A stretch of DNA of 62,244 nt, filler included, from Malassezia furfur (lineage: Eukaryota): NCBI GenBank assembly GCA_052055015.1. It is 24 parts of 24 records of this genome, joined end to end, with 100 filler letters (N's around TTAATTAATTAA, not from the genome) between each part and the next. Parts side by side here need not be neighbours in the genome. Positions count along the whole stretch, not along the records: positions 13,195 to 15,713 come from JBQJIT010000895.1; positions 15,814 to 18,329 come from JBQJIT010000896.1; positions 18,430 to 20,945 come from JBQJIT010000897.1; positions 21,046 to 23,557 come from JBQJIT010000898.1; positions 23,658 to 26,161 come from JBQJIT010000899.1; 19 more parts are not named here. One strand, 5' to 3'. This document shows, one piece after another, positions 13,649 through 23,714 of the stretch (position 1 is its first letter; every line of letters starts with the position of its first letter). Below the pieces are notes generated by a model, which saw only the letters and a list, made by a program, of their open reading frames with translations, did no database searches and was not told the DNA's origin. The position numbers were made by a program, and so were the translations under genes.

Positions 13649-15713
13649 ATGGCCTTGCCACGTCCGGATGATCCACTCCCCCCCCTGACGGGTCTCCGTT
13701 CCTGGTGGTCGGCGTTTGCGCGCGCGGCCCCCTCGCCTCGCGAGGAGCGCAGCGCAGACGACACGTCCATGTTCGGCGCTCCCCTCCCCGAGGCGCTCAA
13801 GCAGTCGAGCGTCGCGATCAGCCTCATCAACCAGGACGGCGAGCAGTACGTCTGGGGCTACGTCCCGGCGGTCGTCGCCAAGATCGGCCTGTTCCTGAAG
13901 CAGCATGGTACGTTGTGTGCCCTCGCGTGCGCCCCCCCGCTTACACCCAGCTACCGACGTCGAAGGCGTGTTCCGCATCAACGGATCCGAAAAGCGCATG
14001 AAGGAGCTGCGCACACAGTTCGATACGCCACCCGAGTACGGCAAGGACATCGACTGGGACGGCTACAACGTGCACGACGCCGCGACGCTCCTGCGCCGCT
14101 TCCTCAACCTCATGCCCGAGCCCGTGATCCCCGCGGACCGCTTCGCCGAGTTCCGCGAGGTGCTCGCGAAGCCCGTGGTCGACGAGGAAGAGGCGATTGG
14201 CGCCTATCGCAAGCTCATCACGTCGTGCCCGCCGGCGACACAGTACCTCCTCCTCTACCTCCTCGACCTGCTCGCCGTGTTTGAGCGCAATGCCGAGGTG
14301 AACAAAATGACCGCCAACAACCTCGCGATCCTGTTCCAGCCCGGGATGCTGACGCACCCCTCGGTGCGCACCAAGGAGGACCACCAGGCGGCCGTGCGCG
14401 TCGTCGAGTTCCTCATCACACACCAGGACCGCTTCGTGCTCGACGTGTCCGACCTGCCCCCGGCCGACATGCTCCCCGAGGAGCTCACGCGCCCGAAAAC
14501 CAAGGCCCCGCTGGAAAAGTACCTGCTCGTCCCGTCCGACTCGGACGAGGACCTCGGCGACCTCGAGGCGCACATGGGCGGCGGCGCCATGCTCGCCCGC
14601 AGCGCCCCCACCTCGCGCACCATGTTCCAGAGAAAGGAGCGCCGCCCGCGCCGCGACCGCCGCCGCTCGTCGTCGCAGGACGCCGCGCCATCCCCGGCCG
14701 CCGCCCCGTCCACGGCCGCCGCCCCGGAGCGCAAGGACACCACGCGCACCAAGCCGAGCGTCGTGCGCGAGTCGCGCAAGGCGGGCCGCAAGCGCGCCAA
14801 CTCGCACTCGGACGCCCAGGCACAGTCGCGCAGCACCTCACGCCACACCACCGACGCAGGTCCGTCCAACTCGCCGCGCGCGCGGCCCACGTCGCGCACC
14901 TCGTCTCGGGGGACCCTCGCACCGTCGTCGGCGCACCCGCGCCCGCCGCTCGTGAAGCGCTCCGCGTCGGAGTCCGGCTGGTCGGAGGCGTCGGAGGCGC
15001 AGCCGCCCACCACACGCTCGCCGAGCCGGCGCAGGCGCAACCAGTCGGCGTCGCCCACGGCGTCGCCCCTGCTCGGTGCCGAGCGCAACTCGGGCTCCCG
15101 CTCAAGCTTCAACGGCGGCTCGGGCAGCTCGCTCGAGGGCCGCACGCCGCGCCTCGGCGCCATGCCGACGATCCTGGCCGCGTCGCCGGACGCGTCGCCG
15201 GACGCGCTGCCCGACGCGTCGCCAGACACGCTGCCCGAGCCCGTGTCCCTCCCGGCGCCGGCCCAGCCGCTCGTCCCCGCCACCAACGACACGCCGCCGA
15301 CCCCGCCCGAAAAGGACGTGCCGCGGATACCCGTCGCGGCCGTCGCACGGCCACCCGCGCTCGAGCTGCGCGATGACAGCACAAGTGCGTCGGCGTCCGA
15401 GACGGCGCCGACCAGCGGCGTGTCGCCCCTCGCGTCCGAGTCGTCGTCGAGCGGCTCCGCACGCTCGCCCACGGACCGCACCGCACGCACGGCGCTGCCG
15501 ACTCCGTACCCCATGGACCCGCGCCTCGCGCAGCTCGGACCGGTGGTCGGCGCACCGGCCCAGGCCGAGGCGCCCGCGCCCGTGGCGGCTCCCGCGGTAG
15601 AGGCGGTCGCTGTGGCGGCGCCCGCTTTGCCGAGCAGCACACCTGCACCTGTGGCGGCGCCCGCTGTGGCGAGCAGCGCACCTGCACCCGTGGCGGCGCC
15701 CGCTGTGCCAAGC
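13649..15713 (+). CDS. Rho GTPase-activating protein, Sac7/Bag7-like (3' truncated)
   Basis: FGAPL..VWGYVPAVVAKIG, EGVFRINGSEKR and NKMTANNLAILFQPG. 43-nt intron at 13908-13950. Confidence 0.9.
15580..15713 (+). repeat. Coding tandem repeat of about 39 nt (PAPVAAPAVxSSx)
   Basis: Repeated cctgcacc(t/c)gtggcggcgcccgctgtg..agcagc units running into the contig end. Confidence 0.8.
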
Positions 15714-15813
15714 NNNNNNNNNNNNNNNNNNNNNNNNNNNNNNNNNNNNNNNNNNNNTTAATTAATTAANNNNNNNNNNNNNNNNNNNNNNNNNNNNNNN
15801 NNNNNNNNNNNNN

Positions 15814-15923
15814 ACGCCGACGCACGCGCCAACGTGCGCCGCCTCGCGCCCGACGCGCCGGCCGCGGGCAGCGACGCCGGCGACGATGCGGCGCTCACGC
15901 ACCTCGCCGCGTACCTTGCATAG
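15814..15923 (+). CDS. 3' end of an unknown gene (...DDAALTHLAAYLA*)
   Basis: Open frame with genome-typical codon usage ending in TAG at 15921-15923. Confidence 0.5.
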
Positions 15924-17526
15924 CTACTTGCCAATACAAAACCGCGCAAAGATGGCGCCCAGCACCTCGTCCGCGCCGAGCGTCTCGCCGGTGATTTGCC
16001 CGACGAGGTACGCGGCATGCCGCAGCTCCTCGGCCACGAGCGTCGCGTCGCCGTCGCACGCCGCGCACCGGTCGAGCGCCGCGAGCACGCCGCCGAGCAG
16101 GTGCGCATGCCGCGCCTCGGTAACGAGCGGCGGCTCACGCAGGTCCGCGGCGTGCCGCGCCGCCAGCAGCGCACCGACGTCCGCCAGCAGCGCGTCGACG
16201 CCCGTGTCGTGCAGCGCGCTCACCTGCCACACGCGGCACGCGACGCCGTCGTCGGCCGGCTCGCGCGAAGCGGGCGCCTCGTGCACAGTGTCCATCTTGT
16301 TCACCACAAGGAGCAGCTCGCGCTCGCCCGGCAGGCGCCCCAGCGCATCGGCGCCGCGCGCCGAAATGTGCGTCGCGCCGCTCGGCGGCACGCCGCCGAG
16401 CACGCGGCATGCCTCGCGCGCGTCGCACACGAGCAGCGCGAGGTCCGCGTCGCGGACGTGCGCCTCGGTGCGGGCGATGCCCTGCTGCTCGATGCCCCCG
16501 GCGGCGGTCCGCAGCCCGGCGGTGTCGCTCAGCTGCACACGGAAGCCGTGGAGCTCGAGCGCGGCGCACACGACGTCGCGCGTCGTCCCGGGCTCCGGCG
16601 AGACGATCGCCGCCTCGCGGCGCACGAGGCAGTTGAGCAGCAGCGACTTGCCGGCGTTCGGCCGGCCGTACAGCACGAGCTGTGTGCCGTGCGTGATCGC
16701 GTCCGACACGACCGGGCGCCCGTCAGGCATCGCGCGCCGGATCTGCGCACGCACACGGTCGACCGTGTCGCGCACCGACGCCCACAGCGTGTCGTCGATG
16801 CCGTCCTCGTCACTAAAGTCGAGCATCGCCTCGACACGCACCATCGCCTCGAGGAGGTCCGCACGCAGCGCATGGTACAGCTGCGCCTGCCGCCCGCCGC
16901 CCGTCTGCAGCGCAAGGCGGCGCTGCGTGCTGGTCTCGGCGCGCAGCAGCGCATCGAGCGCCTCGCACGACGTGAGGTCCATGCGCCCTTCCTCAAACGC
17001 GCGCCGCGTAAACTCGCCGGGCAGCGCCGGGCGCAGCGCCGCGGGGTCCACGGCGCCGATCGCCAGCAGCATGTCACGCACCACCGCGGGGCTCCCGTGG
17101 ACGTGCAGTTCCAGCACATCCTCGCCGGTGTACGAGTGCGGCCGGGGGAAGAAGAGCACAAGCGCCGTGTCGAGCACTTCGCGCGTCGTAGGGTGCCGCA
17201 GCGTGCGCAGAGCCGCGCGCCGCGGCTCGAGCGCGGGCGCCGTAGGACACAGCGCAACGTATACGGGCAAGGCGTGCGCACTGCGTGAGACACCCGACGT
17301 ACCCCGAGATGCGAAGGACACTCACCCCGCACGGCGGTGCGCCGCTCGCGAGCGCATAGATCGTGTCGACGGCGCGGGGTGCCGGCGTGTGCAGCGCACG
17401 CACAGCATACCGACCAGGCGCCACGCGCGGGACGGCCGCCCATGCGCCGCGCGCCGCTGCCCACCCCCGCACACCCCGGTGCACCGCTCGGCACCGCACG
17501 CACGCAACGCGCGCCGCTTGGTGCAT
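15924..17526 (-). CDS. MSS1: Mitochondrial tRNA modification GTPase (MnmE/GTPBP3)
   Basis: DTIYALASG, SYTGED, GRPNAGKS, PGTTRD, DTAG and terminal FCIGK. A 22-nt intron at 17281-17302 restores LRISG-AHA. Confidence 0.95.
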
Positions 17527-17571
17527 GTGGAGGCTTCTTCGGCCGCCCCCCACGCTTCCTGCGCCCCGACG

Positions 17572-18329
17572 ATGGGCACGACGGCCTCGATGGACGGCCG
17601 TGTCCCGACCAACGAGGCAAAATACCGCGCGGCGCTCGCGAATATCGAGGCACTGTTCGAGAAGGACCCCAATGCCGAGGAGCTTGCCTCGTCGCAGAAA
17701 CTGCTCGGGCCGCTGTACCGCACGCTCGATTCGCGGCGCTCGGTCGCGATGCCGAACCAGCCGCGGGGCATCCCGCTAAACCTTGTGGTGCGCCGCGCCC
17801 ACTCACGCAGGTCAAGACGCTCAAGAGCGCATGGCACGTCGATGGCACATGGCCGCTCATCGGCTACGACGAGGCCGAAAAGCACCGCGTGTGCCCTCCG
17901 GAACACTGCGTCGTGCGCTTCCTGCACGTCTCGTCGCACCGGCACAAGGACCTCGTGCGCAACGAGGAGTACGAACGCGCGAAGCGCAATGGTGCCATCT
18001 TGCCGTGCAAGCCCGCATCCGGCGGCACTGCGTTTGTAGAAAAGAGCGCGGACGCCATTGCCGCGGCCTACGCTGCGCGCGCGGCGCAGCAAGGCACGAG
18101 CGGGGCGAAGCGCGGCGCGCACGACGAGGTACGGACGAGGCGGGCATCGGACGCGGGACAGGTGCCCGTGGCGCGCCGGCTGTCGGATGCGTCCCGCCCG
18201 CGGCGCCCTTCCGACACGCCTCCCACGCGCCGGCTGTCGGAATCTTCCCGCCCGCGGCGCCCTTCCGACACCCCACAGCCCCGCCGCGCCTCGGACGCAG
18301 CACGCACACTCCCACCCCCTCTTCGCTAG
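17572..18329 (+). CDS. Hypothetical protein with an MGxxxS N-terminus and RRxS(D/E) repeats
   Basis: Exons 17572-17787 and 17811-18329, joined by a 23-nt intron that explains the frame change. Confidence 0.7.
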
Positions 18330-18429
18330 NNNNNNNNNNNNNNNNNNNNNNNNNNNNNNNNNNNNNNNNNNNNTTAATTAATTAANNNNNNNNNNNNNNN
18401 NNNNNNNNNNNNNNNNNNNNNNNNNNNNN

Positions 18430-19008
18430 GCACGGCGCGCCGCCCTGCTGCCCGTGGCATGGTGCCCCCCGCGGGGGCCTCAAGAACCCACAGCAGCCGC
18501 GCAAACCGCGGCCAGGCCTGCTCGACAATCGGCTTGCCAAACACGTCCGGCGCATAGGCCCCCAGCACGCCCACGAGCTGCACGGCCGCCTCCCACACGC
18601 CCGCGTCCTGCTCGCTCGGCAGCGCGTCGGGGCCGGTGGCGCGCGCCGGCGGCATGCGCTGTGTCGTGCGCACGCCCAGACGCGCCATCACCAGCGGCCA
18701 CGCGCGGTGCAGCACAGGGTACAGTTCCGCGGTGCGCTCTTGTGGCGCAAGAATACGCACGGCGTCGGCGAGCGTGTGCAGCGCACGCACACGGATCGCG
18801 GTGCTCGCATGGCTCAAGAACGGCACGCACCGCTCCGCGATCTGGGCGACGATCGCCTGCAGTCGCGACGCGGGCGGGTTGGGGTCCTCGTTCATGGCGT
18901 CGTGCCCGGCGTCGTCCAGGTCGGCCGCCGCGTCCGGCGCGCCAGACGCCGCGCCGGCGTCCTCGGCCCCCCGTGCGCCGGGGCGGACGCTGGGGGTGCG
19001 GCGGACAT
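18430..19008 (-). CDS. Tti1 (TEL2-interacting protein 1)-like C-terminal HEAT region, fragment
   Basis: IVAQIAERCVPFLSH..IRVRAL..LYPVLHRAWPLVMARL resembles the Tti1 C-terminus. The N-terminal bulk of the protein is missing. Confidence 0.6.
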
Positions 19009-19061
19009 GGGTGCCTACAAAGCGTGCACATGACTAATGCTACAGGATTTGTCGCTGCGGC

Positions 19062-20125
19062 CTAGATACCGAGCTGGCGTTTCATTGCGGACCACACCGC
19101 GAAGCTGATGGCGGTCATCGGCACCACCTTGATATACCCAATCGACAGCCCAACGTAGAAGCCGCGCCAGCCATGCATCCGGTAGATGCTGCGGACCGTC
19201 TCGCGGAGCGTGAGGATGCTCGACGGGCGCAGAATGCCGCCGATCTGCTGCCGCCGGCGGACGACTTCGAGGGGGTATGAGGCCGTCTGGGAGATGGCGC
19301 CCGCCAGCGCGCCGGCCGTCAGGTCGACCACGGTGCGGTTCACGTTCCAGAGCGGCGCAACGTTCTCGTATCCGGGGAGCACCTCGCCCGTGGTCTCCTT
19401 GTGCAGCAGGCCGTGGTACAGCGCCGTCTTGCAGCGCCCAAACACAAGGAACGACGTGCCGGCGTACGGAATCATGCCGAGCACGGTTGCAGAAAACCCG
19501 CGGTAGAACTTGAGCAGCGGGATGCGGTTCAGCAGCAATGACGCGGGGCTCTCGGCGATGCGCCCATCCGCTGCGACGGTCGTGGCGCCCTCGTGATAGA
19601 TGGTGTCGATGACGTTGCGTAAATTTTTGTGATGCGGATACGTGCGCGTATCAAACGCCAGACGTACGCGGATCAGCTCCAGCGGGTACGTGAGGAAGAC
19701 GGACAGCACGCCGGACATGGAGCCGGCCAGGAACAGGCGCGCGTTCGTCTCGTCGCGCGGCGTCGGCATGAGCGCGAGATGCAGGGCATCGTAGGCCATA
19801 TACTTGATCGCCGCGTACGGAAAGATGCGGAGCAGCGTGGCGCTGTGTCCTTGGAAGAGGCCCACAAACCCCTGCTGCTTGACGATGTTGCGCCCCGCGT
19901 CAATCACGCCGAGCCACCGCCCACTGTATTTTTGGTAGTCGGGGTTCGCTGCCTGGAACAAAATTTTGACGCGGTCGAGCGGCGCAATCGCGGTCTTGGC
20001 CTGTGTGTTAGTACGGCACGTACCGCGCATCCAGCAATCCCGCCCGCAAGGCCGCTGCGCACGACATAGTCCCAATTGCGCTTCGCCCGGGGCGACTTCC
20101 GTTGCTTCTCCGCACTCGATGGCAT
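19062..20125 (-). CDS. LEU5: Mitochondrial carrier, CoA transporter Leu5/SLC25A16-like
   Basis: Three PLD/E repeats (APLDRVKILFQ, YPLELIRVR, YPLEVVRRR) and GHSATLLRIFPYAAIK. 23-nt intron at 20001-20023. Confidence 0.9.
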
Positions 20126-20232
20126 GCGAAAAAGCCAACCGGAGCCGGCGCTCGCGCCGATTACGTACGCCACCCCCACCCCCCCCGGCGCGCCGACGCG
20201 TCGCACATGGCGCCACGTGGGCCTACAACACC

Positions 20233-20945
20233 ATGGCGTGTGGGATCTGCCTCGAGCCGTACACGCCCGAGGCCCGGCCCGCCGCGTTGCCGTGCGGTAC
20301 GTAGGCGCACTGCTCACACAGGGCACGTCTTCCACGCGCCGTGCGTGCGCAGCTGGCTCGCATCGCGCTGCCATGACGCGCTCAAGGGGGGGTGTCCCCT
20401 GTGCAAGGCTCCGGCCACGCCCACCGACGTGCTCCCCCTGTGGCCCGCCGACGCGTCCGACTTTCACCAGTACGTCGCCGCGCACCACAACGACGTGCGC
20501 GACCCCGAGCAGCCCGTACTTGAGGCCGCCTGCGACTTGGTCACCGCCATGCAGTCCTACGCCATGGCCGCGCACGGTCTTCGCGCGGCGCCCATGGGGC
20601 GCGTGCAGCTGCGCGTCACCGAGGCGCTGCGCCGCAACGCCGTGTGCGACGCCAAGGCTGCCGAGGCGATGCAGCATGCACTTGACGCGCTGCACGACAT
20701 GGTCTCCCACGTCGAGGGCGTGTCACTGACGCTCGCCAAGGCCTATACCCAGACACAGCAGCATGCCGTGCGCAACCGCGCCGCGGAAGACGCGCTCCGC
20801 GATGCGCGGCGCACGCTGGACGAAGAGGCACGCGCCGTGCGCAAGGACCGCCACGCTGTACGCCAGCGGCAAAAACACGCGGCGCGCGAAGCCGCGGCCG
20901 TCGAGGCCCGCGCCGAGGCATTGGCCGCGCGCGAGGCGGCGCTGG
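20233..20945 (+). CDS. RING-H2 finger plus coiled-coil protein (3' truncated)
   Basis: CGIC..CGHVFHAPC..CPLC after removing the 25-nt intron at 20297-20321. Confidence 0.85.
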
Positions 20946-21045
20946 NNNNNNNNNNNNNNNNNNNNNNNNNNNNNNNNNNNNNNNNNNNNTTAATTAATTA
21001 ANNNNNNNNNNNNNNNNNNNNNNNNNNNNNNNNNNNNNNNNNNNN

Positions 21046-21403
21046 ACACGAGGCGCCCCGGGAAGAGGAGGTGCTGGATGTAGTAGGTGGTGCCGCCGAC
21101 GAGGATGGGCAGCGTGTGGCGGCGCTGCAGGTCGGTGCAGAGGTGTGTGGCGTCGGCGAGGAACTGGGTGATGTCGTACTCGTGGGTGGGCGGGAGGAAG
21201 CTGAGCAGGTGGTGGGGCACGCCGCGCTGCTCGTCGGCGGGCGCCTTGTTGGTGATCACGTCGAGACCCTCGTAGGTCTGCATGCTGTCCGCGGAGACGA
21301 TTTCTGCGTGGGTGAGCGCGGCGAGCTCGACGCCGAGCTGCGACTTGCCGGTGCCGGTGCTGCCGACGACGGCGAGGAGCGGGGCGTCGGTGCGCGCGAG
21401 GTC
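21046..21403 (-). CDS. MOD5: tRNA dimethylallyl(isopentenyl)transferase, N-terminal exon with no ATG of its own (3' truncated)
   Basis: LLAVVGSTGTGKSQLG P-loop, SADSMQTYEGLDVITNK, PHHL and VGGTTYY. The exon begins right after CTGAC..CTAG. Confidence 0.93.
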
Positions 21404-21432
21404 CTAGAGGGGTCAGAATTGCGTCTAAGGCA

Positions 21433-23555
21433 CTACAGCTCAAGGTCCTGAAGTCGCGCTGTGTGTTGGCCTCTGTCCAGACGACCGCAGTCCCTGCGCC
21501 GTCCTGCGCCGCAAAAATACGCACCTTGCTGATCATCGCCGCGGCAATCGGGTGGTCTGCGTGAGCGGCATGGCACGTACAAAAGCTCCGGTGCGCCTCG
21601 AACGTCGTGCGCGCGAGCGGCGCGTTGGCCTTGTACAGCGCCTTGTAGATCGCGCGGCAGTACTTCATGCGGCCCTTGTCTTTGACCTGGGTTAGCATGC
21701 GACGCACCCAGTCGGCGGCCTTCTCCTCGTAGCCGCTGTGCGGCGTCGCGAGCGCCAGCTCAAAGAAGCGCAGCGGGATCTCGTCGTTGGCGTTGTCCGC
21801 GAGCGCGTACGCCTCGTCGAGCCACTGCACGGCGTACGGCGGCAGGGCGCCCTGCGCCGCGAGGTGCTCGAGGAAGACGACCTTTTGGTTCGCGTTCCAG
21901 CCATCCATGTCGCCGCGCGCAAACGTGCGCTGCGCGTCGGCGCGCGTCGGCGCCGCGTCGACGACCGCGCGCCACTCGTCCGCGAGCCGGTAGGCGTCGC
22001 GCGCGAGCGTCGTGTCGTACTCCATCGCGACCGGGAGCTTGGTGCCCTCGCCGTAGATCCAGGCGTCCCAGTCGACCTGCTGCAGGCGGCGCGACACCTC
22101 GGCGTTGTCCGCGTAGTACGCGAGCAGGTGCGCCTTCCACTGCTCCGTGCTCACCGCGCGGTCGTGGAAGGCGCAGAAGTACGCCTTGATGTACGGCGCA
22201 AAGACGTCGAGGCCGCCGACGACGCGCTCGAGGTGCAGGAGGAAGTTGGCGCCCTTGTCGTACGGGATCGTGCTGAACGCGTCGTCGGGGTCCTCGCCGT
22301 CCTCGTAGCCGGGGACGAGGCGCTGGAAGCGCGGCTTGTCCGCGAAGCCCTCGAGCGCCGCACGCAAGGCGCGCGCGCCGATGATGTACGAAAAGCCGCG
22401 GTGCGCGGGCCCCTCGGCGTCGCCGTACTTCTTCTGGAGCAAGAGGCGCTCGAGGTACACGGTCCAGCCCTCGTTGAGCCAGAACGAGTCCCAGTTGACA
22501 CACGAGGTGAGGTTGCCGCTCCACGAGTGGCACAGCTCGTGCAGCAGCACATCGGTCGCGCTGCGGTCGCCGCACACGAGGCTCGGCGTGAGCGTCGTGA
22601 GGTTCGCGTTCTCCATGCCGCCGTACGGGAACGACGGGGGGAGCACCACCGAGTCGTACCGCGTCCAGACGTACGGCGCAACGACCTCCTCGGCGAGCGC
22701 CAAGAAGCGCTCGGCGTCCGCCTCAAACTCCCACTGCACGGCGTCCGCGTCGGGCGCCTCGGCCCACACGCCCGTGCGCGGGCCGAGCGTCCGGAAGGTC
22801 AGCTCCCCGCCGACGATCGCCAGCAGGTACGTCGGGATCGACACGGGCTGCCGGAAGGCATACTGCTTCTGCCCGCCGCCGACGTCCTTCGGCTCCGCGG
22901 CCTGCAGCGCCGACATCAGCACGGGGATCGACGAGGTGACCGTCGCCGTGTACGTGATCTTGCGCCCCGGCGCATCAAAGCACGGCACCAGCGAGCGGGC
23001 GTGGATCGCCTGGCACTGCGAGTACAGGAACGGCGCCTGCTTCGCGTGCGTCTGCTCACGCGACAGCCAGCCGAGCGCCGTGCACGCGTCGGTGGTCGCG
23101 TAGGCGATCTCCACGGTGACCTCGGTGCCCGCGTCGCGCGCGCCCAGCTGCACCACGAGCGGCTGGCCGAGCGCCTTGTGCCGCGCACGCAGCTCGGCCT
23201 CCGCCGGCTGCCCATCGACGCGCACGGCGCCGATGTCGAGGTACGACGTGTCGAACACGGCCTGCGACGTGCCCTGCTCGAGGACGTGCAGCGTGTGCGT
23301 CACGGTGCCCGCAATGCGCTTCTGCTCCCAGTCGACCGTCCAGTCGAGGTGCAGGCGCTCGGGGCGCAGCTCATTCAGGTTCGACAGCGAGTGCCGGTCA
23401 AAGATCTTGCCCTGCGCGGGCGCGGGGATCGCGTCCGGCGCCGGCGGCGTCCACGTCTTTTCGCTCATCTGTGCAGCGTGCGTGGCGGCGGGAAGCGTCG
23501 AGCGGGTTCGCACACAGCCGAGGGACGAGAAGGTGCGTGCCAGCAGTCGTAGCAT
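21433..23555 (-). CDS. LTA4H: Leukotriene A4 hydrolase / M1 aminopeptidase
   Basis: SQCQAIHARS, GGMEN, HELCHSW..NEG and PYDKG. Introns 21687-21707 (21 nt), 21557-21580 (24 nt) and 21448-21524 give ...FYHPIAAAMISK-DLEL*. A second in-frame ATG is at 23468. Confidence 0.95.
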
Positions 23556-23714
23556 GCNNNNNNNNNNNNNNNNNNNNNNNNNNNNNNNNNNNNNNNNNNN
23601 NTTAATTAATTAANNNNNNNNNNNNNNNNNNNNNNNNNNNNNNNNNNNNNNNNNNNNGACCCGCGCCGCGGGCGTCGCGCGCGGCCATCGTCCCAGGGCG
23701 CACGGACTACGGGG

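Noticed and set aside
20994..21530. Read-through C-terminal extension of the 853-aa LTA4H ORF in the ORF track
   Set aside because: It translates intron sequence and then a frame different from MOD5. Splicing explains the conserved C-terminus better.
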